From an uncultured Actinomycetota bacterium (GTDB lineage: Bacteria > Actinomycetota > Actinomycetes > JAHEKZ01), in assembly GCA_963726755.1 (NCBI GenBank), contig CAVSDB010000001.1:1341225-1405224 (forward strand): 64,000 nt of DNA. Reading direction: 5' to 3'. Below the pieces are notes generated by a model. It ran no database searches. It was not told the DNA's origin and was given only the letters and a program-made list of their open reading frames with translations. The position numbers and the translations under genes were made by a program. Positions 22,543 through 33,294 of this stretch are shown piece after piece (the first letter of the stretch is position 1; every line of letters starts with the position of its first letter).

Positions 22543-23266
22543 TCAGCCAGCTCCATCGGCGCGCTCTCGGTGCTGCCTTCGACGACCGACATGGCAACCG
22601 GTCCCAGGCTGGTCTCGACCATGATCATGGTTCTCAGGTTCCGCGGGCTCTTCGACGGGAGGCGGAAGTACGTATTTGCTCTCGGCCGCCTCAGCGAGCT
22701 CTGACAGTGCACTGGTTGCCGGCGTCTCGGAGACCTGCGCTTCGGAGTCGCTGGATGAAGCCTCGTCCGTTGGCTGGTCGCTGTAGAACGCCTCGTACTG
22801 CGAGGTCGGCGCGTTGGGGTCCGGCAGCGAGTCAACGTCCACCGCTGCAGCTTCTTCGGCGGCGATCGCCAACGACATCGGCAGGCCAGCTGCTTCCATC
22901 GTGATCGGTGCCGAGTCATCAAAGTCGGCGAGCGCAAAGGTCGTCGGCTCGGTGTTGTCGGTTTCGGGGCTGTTGGGCTCGGGGCTGTCCGTGACCGGTG
23001 TCCGTACTCGAGTCGAGTCCCGAATCCGAGACCACGTCGCTGAAACTGTCCGTCAACGGGTCCGGCGTCGAGTCCTCCGGGACCGAAGTCGGCTCTGGTG
23101 GCTCGGTCGCGACAAAGCCATAGTCAGTAGTTGGTCGCGGGTCGTCGCCCGCGGGTGCGCCACTGAACTCTGAGGTTTCCACTGACAGGCCTCCCTTAGC
23201 CACCTTGCTGTCACGCGCGCTCGGTAGCGGCGTTCCTCCTGCGTCCCATCGGCGTACCGGGCTCAC
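22543..23266 (-). pseudogene. acidic Pro/Ser/Asp/Glu-rich low-complexity protein of unknown function, split over 2 frames
   Basis: ORFs 22919..23266 and 22543..22899 are both strongly acidic and disordered-looking. The overlapping Arg-rich ORF 22419..22937 is the alternative frame. Sits between pilB and pilT. Confidence 0.35.
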
Positions 23267-23279
23267 CCCTTGAGTCCCC

Positions 23280-24977
23280 TCACGAAGAACTAGTCCGCCA
23301 ATAGCCAGCTAGACCACGACGCGCAGGATCTCGTCGAGTGAGGTGACACCCTGCAGCACCTTGGACAGGCCGTCCTCGCGCAGCGTGACCATGCCTTCTT
23401 CGCGGGCCGCGACGGTGATGGCTGCCGACGAAGCGCGTTCGACCGCCAGCCGCTCGATGTTCTCCGAGACGGCCATCACCTCGTGCAGGGCCAGTCGGCC
23501 CTTGTAGCCGGTCTTGGAGCAGGCCGGACACCCGATGGGCCGATACAGCGTCGGCAGCGGCGTGCCCTTGCTCCCACGGGAACCGCGCGGCAACCATGGC
23601 CTCAGCGGTCGGCTCGTAGGCTTCCTTGCACTTCTTGCAGAGTCGACGGGCCAGGCGCTGGGCGAGCACACCGTCCACCGCCGATCCGACAAGGAACGGC
23701 TCCAGACCCATTTCCGTCAAGCGGGTGATGGCCGAGGGGGCGTCGTTGGTGTGCAACGTGGAGAGCACCAGGTGGCCGGTCAGGGCCGCCTCAACGGCGA
23801 TCTGGGCCGTCTCGTGGTCACGAATCTCACCGATGAGCACGATGTCGGGGTCGCATCGAAGGATCGAGCGAAGTGCCGCGGCGAACGACAGTCCAGCTTT
23901 GACGTTCGTCTGCACCTGGTTGATGCCAGCGAGTCGGTACTCAACCGGGTCCTCGACGGTGATGACGTTGACCTCAGGACGAGCGATCTGGTTCAGCGTG
24001 CCGTACAGCGTCGTGGACTTGCCAGAACCCGTTGGTCCGGTGACCAGGATCATCCCGTAGGGCTTGGTGAAACTCGACGAGTAGATCTCGTAGTTGTGGT
24101 CTGAGAACCCGAGGTCAGTCAGCGCCATCGCGGCCTGCGAGTTGTCCAGGATTCGCATGACGACCTTCTCGCCCCACACCGTTGGAAGGGTGGCGACACG
24201 AAGGTCGATCTTCTTGCCGTTGTAGTTGACCGACAAGCGGCCGTCCTGCGGTACCCGTCGTTCAGCAATGTTGATGTCCGACATGATTTTCAGTCGGCTG
24301 ATAACACCGGACTGGATGTTCTTGGGCGACTTCATCACCTGGTGCAGGACACCATCGATGCGGTACCGGACGACGAGCGAGTGCTCGCCTGGCTCGAGGT
24401 GAATATCCGATGCGCGGTCCTGAATTGCCTGCGTAATAAGCAAGTTCACGTACTTGACGATGGGGGCGTCTTCGACGACCTCTTTGACCGACGAGAGGTC
24501 TTCGTCGTCGGCGTCGTTGTCAAGAACCGCCGTGAGGTCATCGAGGTCGGAGTCAGCGCGGTAGTACCGGTCAATGGCCGAGAGAACATCCGCTCGAGTA
24601 GCGACCACTGGCTTGACGTCATAGCCAGTGATCGATCGAACGTCGTCGATCGCGAAGACGTTCGCTGGGTCAGCCATCGCCAGCAGGAGCTTGCCCTCGT
24701 CGTCGACGCGGAGCGGCATCACGCTGTACTTGCGACAGATCTCGCCCTTGACCCGGCCGACGATGCTGCCGTCAACGGGATAGTCGGCCAGGTCGACAAA
24801 CTCAAGTCGAATCTGCTGCGCCAATGCCGCCACGAGCTGGGACTCGGTGAGGAAGCCTCGATCGACCAGAATGCGGCCGAGTGCCTTGCCTTCGGTCTTG
24901 TGCATCTGGAACGCCTCGGCGAGCTGGTCTGCCGTAACCAGGCCGCTCGAAATCAAGATGTCGCCCAGTTGCGTCAC
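23280..24977 (-). pseudogene. pilB: type IV pilus assembly ATPase PilB (GspE family); C-terminal frameshift near 23600
   Basis: Track ORF 23280..24977 carries the N1 domain, Walker A VTGPTGSGKSTTLY and the CKKC zinc motif. The true C-terminus (YRPIGCPACSKTGYKGRLALHEVM...LDEILRVVV) is in ORF 23309..23692. Confidence 0.85.
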
Positions 24978-25319
24978 AGTCCCCGCCTCCCCGGGTGCGT
25001 CTTAGCGCACCGTCGTCTCAGACCACCCACAACCAAGTCGAGTGGCCTCTACTCCCATTCGGCCATTGCCGGGTTGTGCTGAAGGGAATGGGAGCTACTG
25101 CCGTCGACGAAAGCCCCTGAGAACGGGTCCGTCTGGATGAGCGCGTCCGCCAGCGCTACAAACGGTCGAGCTGGCGCCTCTGCGACGTCCCATAGCAGCG
25201 TGCTCCCGTCGCCAAAGACCAGACCGACGTGGCGCGAAGCCGTCGGGATCGCGACGGAAACTGCGCCACGATTCCGGTGCCGCCCTACTCTGGGGCAGGA
25301 ACCGCCAAGCCATCGGTGC

Positions 25320-25895
25320 CTACACGCTGGCCGGAGTGGCTTCGACCTCGTCGAGGACCGAGTAGAGCAGCGCGAGCAGCACTGACTTCACCGACTCCTT
25401 GTCGGTCGCGTCGCAGGGCACCATAGGCACCGCTGGACTGATCCCAAGGGCCTGCCGGATCCTGGCTTCCTCGACCTCGTCGACGCCTTCAGTGCGGTTC
25501 AGCGCGACAACGAAAGGCACTCGGGCCATCTTTCGGAACGCGGCCAGAATGCCAACCGCCTCCTGCAATGAGTCCGAGCGGGTGACGTCCAGCAACAGGA
25601 TGTACCCGAGCATGCCCTCACCCAGGATTTCCCACATGAAGTCGAAACGTTCCTGACCAGGGGTGCCGAACAGATACAGCACCAGTTCGCGATCAATGGT
25701 GATGCGACCGAAGTCCATCGCCACGGTGGTTTCGTTCTTCCGCGACTTGGTGTGGTCGGTGATCCCTCTCTCAGTTGAGAGCACGGTGATCTCACTGATC
25801 GTGCGAATCAGCGTGGTCTTACCAGCCGAGAACGGTCCGGTGATAACGACCTTGACGGCCTGACCACCGTGACGTCGACGCTTGTTGTTGGCCAT
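25320..25895 (-). CDS. small Ras-like GTPase (MglA/CvnD-type 'ATP/GTP-binding protein')
   Basis: Track ORF, 191 aa. P-loop GPFSAGKTT, TTVAMDFGRI, LYLFGTPGQERF (G3) and ALNRTEG (NKxD-like). Start 4 nt after the upstream stop. Confidence 0.75.
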   Translation of the reverse strand: MANNKRRRHGGQAVKVVITGPFSAGKTTLIRTISEITVLSTERGITDHTKSRKNETTVAMDFGRITIDRELVLYLFGTPGQERFDFMWEILGEGMLGYILLLDVTRSDSLQEAVGILAAFRKMARVPFVVALNRTEGVDEVEEARIRQALGISPAVPMVPCDATDKESVKSVLLALLYSVLDEVEATPASV

Positions 25896-25899
25896 GGCT

Positions 25900-27159
25900 T
25901 CAGAGCCCCCGCACGCCGGCGATGAGTCGCAGCATCAGACTGCGATTGACCGTGGGATCACGCTCGATGGCTGCTTCCCCGACGGGTTGTACCGCCGCGG
26001 CAGCCCCGCCCGATGCGGTGGCAGACACCACCGAAGAGGCCTGGGGAGCGACGGGGGCAGCCGGTGGCGCCGGGGGGGCTGGAGCGGCAGGTGACGCAAA
26101 ACTGCTCCGAGCCGGTTCCGGGTGGTCGATAGCACGTTTGGGCATGAACGGTTCGGGTCGCGGCGGAACCACATTGAGCGGATCGTGGGCTCCACCGAGG
26201 AGACCGGGGGCAGCTTGAGCAGCCGCTGGCGCCACAGCAGGTTGCTCAACGGGCGCTGGCTGAGCCGGCACCGCGGGTGTTGACGGGATCTCGGGGAGCA
26301 TGTGAGATTCGGCCGCCAACCCTGGAACCGGTGGGGCTGAGACTTGCGGTTCGGGGGGTGCGCTGGCTGGCGCCAGTGTTTCAGTGGAAGTGGTCGGGGT
26401 GATTTCAAGCGGACCCAGAAGTTGCTGACGTCGCTGAACCAACTCGATGTGATCAGGTGCTTCCTCGTCACGAATGACGAGCATCCCCCGCTGAACTAAG
26501 GCGGTCAGCGTTGCGACCACAGCGAACTGACTTGCTCCAGAAATTTCAACAATGTCGCCAACTGACCGCTGACCGTCGACCAAGGCCAGCAGCGACCATT
26601 CGTCTCGAGTAAGGCTCTGATCACCGGTAACCACGACGGGCATGGTGAGCAGCACGTCTGGCGAAGGAATGACCTTGGATACCGCATCCCAGTTTTCGCG
26701 GCGGGCAGTGGCCTCAGACACCACGTGCTCTGACGAAACCGCGAGCCCGACATCGTCTGGGTTGTCCTCGCCGACGCCGAAGGCAAAGTCCCCCTCGACC
26801 CATCGCAGCAGGTCGAAGACGGAATCGATTGCCTGCTCGAGGGCAAGCTGCTGGATCAGTTCGCCGTTGACTGCCCCGGATTCGAGGAGGGCACGGGCAA
26901 CACCGACACCCTCAGTTGTCGCTCGCTCAACGGCCCGTCGCAATGCTGCGTCGTCGCAGGCGCCAATGCCGACGAGACGACGTGCCAGGGACTGACGTGC
27001 GGCGTTGGAGCACGCACCGGTGACCACTCCGGCGTTGAAGTAGACGACGCCGGTGGCCTGGCCGTTGGCCAGGTGCAACCCCCCGGACTTCTTCGTCAGG
27101 CTCAGCAGCTGGAAGACATCCGGAAGGCTGAAGGCGTCAAGCGAACCTTCGAGCTTCAC
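25900..27159 (-). CDS. PATAN (DUF4388) domain protein with Pro/Ala-rich C-terminal half
   Basis: Track ORF, 419 aa. N-terminus MKLEGSLDAFSLPDVFQLLSLTKKSGGLHL is the PATAN/DUF4388 signature. Second PATAN-like stretch DEWSLLALVDGQRSVGDIVE. Confidence 0.65.
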   Translation of the reverse strand: MKLEGSLDAFSLPDVFQLLSLTKKSGGLHLANGQATGVVYFNAGVVTGACSNAARQSLARRLVGIGACDDAALRRAVERATTEGVGVARALLESGAVNGELIQQLALEQAIDSVFDLLRWVEGDFAFGVGEDNPDDVGLAVSSEHVVSEATARRENWDAVSKVIPSPDVLLTMPVVVTGDQSLTRDEWSLLALVDGQRSVGDIVEISGASQFAVVATLTALVQRGMLVIRDEEAPDHIELVQRRQQLLGPLEITPTTSTETLAPASAPPEPQVSAPPVPGLAAESHMLPEIPSTPAVPAQPAPVEQPAVAPAAAQAAPGLLGGAHDPLNVVPPRPEPFMPKRAIDHPEPARSSFASPAAPAPPAPPAAPVAPQASSVVSATASGGAAAAVQPVGEAAIERDPTVNRSLMLRLIAGVRGL

Positions 27160-27186
27160 GTGTGTTCTCGTTCCTCGTCGTGGTGG

Positions 27187-28008
27187 TTAGTTCCAGGAGC
27201 CGTTCTCTGGAGCGACTGACGAGCCTGCTGCCGCCACCGTTGTGCCGTTCGAGTTCGATCGATCATCACGCTCGGCACGGCCATTCCAGGCACCCGTCCC
27301 GTTCGCTACTGGCGCCGGGAGGTACGAGGTGTCATCAGGCTCAGCCAACTGCGCGACCGGCTGCACCTGGTGCACCGGCTCGGGCTGTTCCTGCTGTTCC
27401 TGATGTTCTGGCTGCTCTTGCTGGTCGACGAGGCTGTGTTCTGCCAGCAACGGAATGGTCTCCTGGGGGGCTTCCTCGACCGGCTCCAGGGTGGGCATCA
27501 CCGGGGCGATGACCGCCAGTACTGGCTCTGCGACGGTTTCGGGAGCGGCTTCTTCAGGCACTGGAGCCACGGCGACCAGCGGTGGCTGAGTCGACTCGTG
27601 CTCGACGCGAAGGCTATTCGCGACTGCTTCGGCTGCCTGCTTGACCTCGAACAGCATCAGGCCGACCTTGGCGCCGCGGCGTCCGACTGCGACCAGTACG
27701 GCCTCGTCGTCGGCGCTGACCAAGAAGACCGTCCCGTTGTCACCCTCGACGTAGACCTGGGAAAGCTCCCCGCGGCCTAGTCCTTGGGCCGCCCGCTCGC
27801 CCAGTGAGAGCAGCGCCGCCGACATCGCGGCTACCCGGTCTTCGTCCATACCCGCGGGTAGGGCCGAGGCCATGGGTAGGCCGTCGAACGACACCACCGA
27901 TGCGGCCTCAAGATCGGGGGCTTGTCTGAGCAACGTGGCGAGCACGTGGTCGAGCTGGGCCGATCGGTTGCTCGCCCCGGCTGTTGCACCGGCGTATGGG
28001 TCGGACAT
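27187..28008 (-). CDS. Roadblock/LC7 (MglB-like) domain protein with Gln/Glu-rich C-terminal tail
   Basis: Track ORF 27187..28032 trimmed to Met of MSDPYAG with GAGAGG ribosome-binding site. LDHVLATLLRQAPDLEAASVVSFDGLPMAS...GTVFLVSADDEAVLVAV is typical Roadblock/LC7. Confidence 0.65.
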   Translation of the reverse strand: MSDPYAGATAGASNRSAQLDHVLATLLRQAPDLEAASVVSFDGLPMASALPAGMDEDRVAAMSAALLSLGERAAQGLGRGELSQVYVEGDNGTVFLVSADDEAVLVAVGRRGAKVGLMLFEVKQAAEAVANSLRVEHESTQPPLVAVAPVPEEAAPETVAEPVLAVIAPVMPTLEPVEEAPQETIPLLAEHSLVDQQEQPEHQEQQEQPEPVHQVQPVAQLAEPDDTSYLPAPVANGTGAWNGRAERDDRSNSNGTTVAAAGSSVAPENGSWN

Positions 28009-28117
28009 AGTGCACCTCTCGCACGGAACCACTCAACAGAACGCACTCAAGAGAACGTCCCCGTCGACTTCAAAAGGCGTCCGTCCGCGACGGTGCCTGG
28101 GATGTGCTTCGGCGCTG

Positions 28118-28977
28118 TTACTGCTCCCCTTGAGCGATCCCGCGTTCTCGCAATGCCTGTAAACCGGCCAACCGCAGGATGTCCGGGTCCACTTCGAGAC
28201 CGGTCATCAACCGCACCTGTTCGACCGCCTGGAAGACCAGCATCTCAAGTCCCCCAGTCACCAGCCCGCCAGCCTTTTGCCACAGTCGCGCCAACGGAGA
28301 TGGCCAGGGGTCGTAGACCACGTCGACCAAGTGTCCGGGCGAACCTGGGACGTCGTCGAGGGCTAGCGGCTGGGCGTCCACGGGCAGCGTCGAGACGACT
28401 ACGGGGACCGCAATTTCCTGCGCTAACGGTGGCCAGGATCCGGTCGCAGCCGCTAATCCGAATTCTTGGGCCAGCGCCACCAATTCGGCGACGGCTGCGG
28501 AGCTGCGGGCACAGATCGTCACCGGGCCAGAATTGACCTCGGCCAGCGCGGCCACAGCTGACCGGGCCGTGGCACCAGATCCAAGGATCGTCGCTGGCGA
28601 CGCAGCGGTCGAAGCCGATGTGACGAAGCACCTCGGCCAGTCCGTAGACGTCGGTGTTCCAGCCGCGCGACCCCGCCTTACTGAAAATGACGGTGTTGAC
28701 GGATCTGAGCGCTTCGGCTCGTGAGTCGATGGAGCTCAGCAGCGGTATGACCGCTTCCTTGAGCGGCATCGTCAGCGACAGACCTACCCACCCCGCGTTC
28801 GGCGCGTCGACGATGGCCTCTGAAGAAATCGGGTAGTTGTTCGCGCGAAACGTCGACGGCTTCGTAGCTCCAGTTCAGACCGAGGTGCTCGTAGGCGGCG
28901 CGATGCAGTGCCGGTGACAACGAGTGGCTGACCGGGTGACCGAGGACAGCGGCACGTCGAGCTGCGGACGATGCCAT
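28118..28977 (-). pseudogene. aroE: shikimate 5-dehydrogenase; 2 frameshifts
   Basis: ORFs 28678..28977 (N-terminus AAVLGHPVSHSLSPALHRAAY), 28245..28769 (middle SVNTVIFSKAGSRGWNTDVYG) and 28118..28555 (C-terminus), in three frames. Confidence 0.7.
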
Positions 28978-28979
28978 CG

Positions 28980-30044
28980 TTACGGCACCGCGGCGTAGAA
29001 GTCGTTCTTGAATTGCAGGAACTCGTTGTAGTCAGCGGTGAACCTGGTGACGTTGCTGCCGGGCTTGAGCGCGACGAAGTAGAGCCAGTCCCCCGCGGGC
29101 GGTGCGAGCGCTGCCTCCATTGCCGCCTCACCAGGGCTATTGATCGGGCCAGGCGGCAGTCCAGTGTTCTGGTAGGTGTTGTACGGCGAGTCGACACCGA
29201 GTTGATCGTTGGTCAGCGTGAGGTCGTCGGAGTTCAGGGCGTAGTTGACCGTCGAGTCGAACTGCAACGGCATGCCGGCCGCCAACCGGTTCACGATCAC
29301 CCGTGAGGCCTTGCCGAAATCAGCTTCCGAAACTTCTGCCTGTACCAGACTCCCGACAGTCACGACCTCGCCTGGTGTGAGTCCGGCGTCCCCTGAGCGG
29401 GCGACCAGATGCAGATCCGATGCTGCCGTCTTGAACCGGTCGACCATTGTTTTAAGGATTCCTTTTGCCGACTCGTTCGGGTCGAAGGTGTAGGTCGCGG
29501 GGAACAGGTAGCCCTCTGGATTGCCTTCGGCGTAACTGGGGAGCCCCAGTTGCTCGGGATGTCCTAAGACTGTTGTGAAGTCTGTGCGAGGCAAGTCCGT
29601 CTCAGCGACCAGTCGATCAACGGTCTGGTCTAGTCGAAGGCCCTCGGGCACGGTCACGGTCGTCTGGACCCGCGACGCGGGGTCGAGGATCAACTCAAGC
29701 GCCTGCTTGCCCGACATATTCTTTCGCAACTGGTAGAAACCTGGCTGGATACCTAGGGATCTGTCGTCGTTGACGGCCGCGTCCACGAAGGCTGCCTCGC
29801 TCGCGACGACCCCCGTGTCATACAACGTTGTAGCAATATCACTGGCCGTGTCGCCGTCGTGGACCTCGATGGTGACGCTGCCGGTGCCCGCTCCCGCGAA
29901 GTCAGCCGGCCCGCCGGTGAGTTTCTGAAGAGCGGCGATGACGGCGAATCCACCCAAGCCCAGCACGAGAGCGACAATCAGCAGCAGGGCGACCACGCGA
30001 CCCTTGCGCACCCGCCCACGTCGGACTTCGGTCGTCGCCGTCAC
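28980..30044 (-). CDS. mltG: endolytic murein transglycosylase MltG (YceG family)
   Basis: Track ORF, 354 aa. YNTYQNTGLPPGPI motif and N-terminal transmembrane helix. Confidence 0.85.
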   Translation of the reverse strand: MTATTEVRRGRVRKGRVVALLLIVALVLGLGGFAVIAALQKLTGGPADFAGAGTGSVTIEVHDGDTASDIATTLYDTGVVASEAAFVDAAVNDDRSLGIQPGFYQLRKNMSGKQALELILDPASRVQTTVTVPEGLRLDQTVDRLVAETDLPRTDFTTVLGHPEQLGLPSYAEGNPEGYLFPATYTFDPNESAKGILKTMVDRFKTAASDLHLVARSGDAGLTPGEVVTVGSLVQAEVSEADFGKASRVIVNRLAAGMPLQFDSTVNYALNSDDLTLTNDQLGVDSPYNTYQNTGLPPGPINSPGEAAMEAALAPPAGDWLYFVALKPGSNVTRFTADYNEFLQFKNDFYAAVP

Positions 30045-30511
30045 GACTGCCCCTCTGCCTCGGGGGGCACTGATTCCCCAACAGCCGTGCCCTTCGCAGA
30101 ACGTGCATCCAAAGCTGACTGCAAGATCACTACTGCCGCCACCTGGTCAACCACTTGACGACTGCTTCGACTACTTCGACCAGCCTCTTGTAACTGACGC
30201 GTCGCCGACACTGTCGTCATCCGCTCGTCGAGAAGACAAACGGGGATGCTGGTGGCGCTCGCCAGCCGAATGGCGAAACTTCGACTGCGCTGCGCGGCCG
30301 AGCCTTCTTCACCGGAAAGTGATCGGGGTAAGCCGACCACGATGAGCACCACGTCGCGCTCGCTCGCTAGCCCAACGAGCGTCTGGATCGCCGCTTTGTC
30401 AGAGTTGATCGTCTCGACGGGCACCGCCAGCACGCCTTGGGGATCGCTGATGGCGACACCGATCCTGACCTCGCCAGGGTCAACACCCAGCCATACGCCG
30501 GAACCGGTCAC
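30041..30511 (-). CDS. ruvX: Holliday-junction resolvase-like RuvX/YqgF
   Basis: Track ORF, 156 aa. [18 protein letters not shown]-terminus. Conserved position between mltG and alaS. Confidence 0.8.
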   Translation of the reverse strand: MTGSGVWLGVDPGEVRIGVAISDPQGVLAVPVETINSDKAAIQTLVGLASERDVVLIVVGLPRSLSGEEGSAAQRSRSFAIRLASATSIPVCLLDERMTTVSATRQLQEAGRSSRSSRQVVDQVAAVVILQSALDARSAKGTAVGESVPPEAEGQS

Positions 30512-33189
30512 TGTTGCCCTGACGCCGAGTTGCCCAACGCGGTCTGCGCTGCCGCAAGAGCGGACTCGACACCGGACGGATCGCTACCGCCGCCTTGGGC
30601 AACGTCCGCCTTTCCGCCGCCCCGACCGCTGACTGCGGGGAGCGCTGACGCGAGAACGTCTTTGGCGAGCACACCTTGAGCCTGGCCCTGATCGTTGACC
30701 GCGGCCACCATCGCGACCTTGCCATCACTTACCGCAGCACCGAGTACGACGACCGGTTGCTCGCCGTCGCCGCGTCCTCGAATCTGCAGCACTAGTTCGC
30801 GGAGGTGATCCGCAGCGACGTCGTCAGGTGCTCGGAACCCGAAGTACCGGATGTTGTCGACCAGCACTCCTGGACCGGCGACGTCACCCACCGACGCCGA
30901 CATCTGTTCTTTGCGCGCGCGTTCGATCTCCTTCTCGGCGTCACGCAGTCGCTGCACCAACGACGCTACCCGGTCGGGGAGTTCGTCGGCCGGTGCCTTG
31001 AGTTGTTCGGTGAGCAGATGCACAAGGGTGTGCTCACGAGCGAGGTAGCGGTAGGCGTCGATCCCCACGAGCGCTTCGATGCGTCGCACACCCGCCCCGA
31101 TCGATGATTCGGCAAGCAGTTTGACGACGCCGAGTTGCCCGGTGCGACCTGCGTGAGTGCCACCGCAAAGTTCACGCGTCCAGTCACCGACACTGACGAC
31201 CCGAACCACGTCGCCATACTTCTCACCGAAGAGTGCCATCGCGCCGGACGCACGGGCTTCGTCGATGGGCATCAGTTCAGCCTCGACGCTGAGGTCGTCA
31301 ACCAGGATCTCGTTGACCCGCTGCTCGACGTCGGCAAGCACTGTCTTGGGGACGGCTCCCGCGTTGGGGAAGTCGAAGCGGAACCGACCAGGCGCATTCT
31401 CAGAACCTGCCTGCGTAGCCGTGTCGCCGAGCAACTCTCGCATCGCCTTATGAACCATGTGAGTCGCAGTGTGCGCGCGAGAAATGGCACGACGGCGTTC
31501 TACGTCAACCTCGCCGATCGCGGCCAGCCCGGTGTTGATCTCACCGTCAATAACTCGAGCACGGTGGACGTAGAGTCCCTCGACAGGTTGCTGCACGTCG
31601 TCAACCTCAAGGGTGGCGCCGTTGCTTAGGGTGACGAGGCCGGCGTCTGCGAGCTGACCGCCACCCTCAGCGTAGAACGGTGTGCGGTCGAGAACGAGTT
31701 CGACCTCGTCGCCAGCTGTAGCTGCGGGAACCACTCCGCCGTCGCGAAGGATGCCTTTGACGATGCCCTCGGAACGCAATTCGGTGTAGCCGGTGAAGTC
31801 GGTGCGGCCAGCGACGTCCGCGAGTTCGCGATACGCGGCAACGTCGACGTGCCCAGACTTCTTCGCGCGGGAATCGGCCTTTGCGCGCTCGCGCTGCTCA
31901 GCCATCAGCCGACGGAAACCGTCTTGGTCGACCTCGAGTCCTTGCTCAGCGGCCATCTCGAGCGTGAGATCAATCGGGAATCCGTAGGTGTCGTGCAGTT
32001 TGAACGCTGCGTCGCCGCCAAGGCGGGTTTCTCCGGACTGCTTGGCGCCAACCGCCGCGAGATCGAAGATCTGTGTGCCGGCCTTGAGGGTCTGCAGGAA
32101 CGAGGCTTCCTCGGCTTCGGCGACTGTGTGAATGCGCGCACGTTCAAGTTCTAGTTCGGGGTACTGAGGTCCCATTGCCTCGATCGACGCCGACACCAGT
32201 TCGCGCATCGTCTCGTCGGGACCGCCGATGAGACGCATGGATCGGATGACTCGTCGCATGATGCGGCGCAGCACGTAGCCGCGACCCTCGTTGCCCGGGA
32301 CGACCTGATCGCCGATCAACATGACGGCAGTGCGAGCGTGATCAGCGACGACTCGGTAGCGCACGTCGTTGTCATGGTCGACGCCGTATGGCTTGCCAGT
32401 CAGGGCGACCGCGCGATCGAGAATGTGGCGCGTCGTGTCGATCTCGTAGAGGTTGTCGACGCCCTGCAACACCGTGGCCACTCGTTCCAAGCCCATGCCG
32501 GTATCGATGTTCTTAGCAGGAAGTTCGCCAACGACGTCGAAGTCCTCCTTGGTGCGGACCTCTCCTAGTGATTCCTGCATGAAGACTAAGTTCCAGATCT
32601 CCATGTAACGCTCTTCGTCGGCGATCGGGCCACCTTCGGCACCGTACTTGGGACCGCGGTCGTAATAGATCTCCGAGCAAGGTCCGCCTGGGCCAGCAAC
32701 GCCCATGTGCCAATAGTTATCGCTGTAACCGCGACGCTGAATGCGTTCCAGGGGAACGCCCACGTCGCGGTGCCAGATGTCGACGGCCTCGTCATCGGTA
32801 TCGAAGACCGTCACCCAAAGCCGGTCAGGGTCAAGCCCATAGCCGCCGTCTGTTGTCGGCATCGTTACCAGTTCCCACGCGAAGGGGATGGCGCCCTCTT
32901 TGAAGTAGTCGCCGAACGAGAAGTTGCCTGCCATTTGGAAGAACGACGCGTGCCGCGCTGTCTTGCCGACCTCTTCGATGTCAAGAGTCCGGACACACTT
33001 TTGGACGCTGACCGCGCGCGGGAACGGAGGCGTTTGCTCACCGAGAAAGTACGGCTTGAAGGGCACCATTCCGGCGTTCACAAGCAGCAACGTGGGATCA
33101 GGCAGCGGGAGGGGCGCCGATGGCACGACCGAGTGCCCACGCTCCTCGAAGAAGCGCAAGAATCTGCTACGAATCTCGGCCGACTGCAT
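30508..33189 (-). CDS. alaS: alanine--tRNA ligase
   Basis: Track ORF 30508..33240 trimmed to [19 protein letters not shown]. Length and [13 protein letters not shown] motifs. Confidence 0.95.
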   Translation of the reverse strand: MQSAEIRSRFLRFFEERGHSVVPSAPLPLPDPTLLLVNAGMVPFKPYFLGEQTPPFPRAVSVQKCVRTLDIEEVGKTARHASFFQMAGNFSFGDYFKEGAIPFAWELVTMPTTDGGYGLDPDRLWVTVFDTDDEAVDIWHRDVGVPLERIQRRGYSDNYWHMGVAGPGGPCSEIYYDRGPKYGAEGGPIADEERYMEIWNLVFMQESLGEVRTKEDFDVVGELPAKNIDTGMGLERVATVLQGVDNLYEIDTTRHILDRAVALTGKPYGVDHDNDVRYRVVADHARTAVMLIGDQVVPGNEGRGYVLRRIMRRVIRSMRLIGGPDETMRELVSASIEAMGPQYPELELERARIHTVAEAEEASFLQTLKAGTQIFDLAAVGAKQSGETRLGGDAAFKLHDTYGFPIDLTLEMAAEQGLEVDQDGFRRLMAEQRERAKADSRAKKSGHVDVAAYRELADVAGRTDFTGYTELRSEGIVKGILRDGGVVPAATAGDEVELVLDRTPFYAEGGGQLADAGLVTLSNGATLEVDDVQQPVEGLYVHRARVIDGEINTGLAAIGEVDVERRRAISRAHTATHMVHKAMRELLGDTATQAGSENAPGRFRFDFPNAGAVPKTVLADVEQRVNEILVDDLSVEAELMPIDEARASGAMALFGEKYGDVVRVVSVGDWTRELCGGTHAGRTGQLGVVKLLAESSIGAGVRRIEALVGIDAYRYLAREHTLVHLLTEQLKAPADELPDRVASLVQRLRDAEKEIERARKEQMSASVGDVAGPGVLVDNIRYFGFRAPDDVAADHLRELVLQIRGRGDGEQPVVVLGAAVSDGKVAMVAAVNDQGQAQGVLAKDVLASALPAVSGRGGGKADVAQGGGSDPSGVESALAAAQTALGNSASGQQ

Positions 33190-33294
33190 GGGTGATGACT
33201 CCTCGTTGGGTGCCTCTGGCAGTGGCCAGGGCGGTCCCATCAGCCTATCGAAGGACCGTGGCTGTCCTCGGTACCTACGTCGCGCCGTCGAAGG

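Noticed and set aside
22419-22937. 172-aa Arg-rich ORF
   Set aside because: Alternative frame of the acidic low-complexity gene. The Arg-rich translation is the typical mirror of a GA-rich acidic coding frame.
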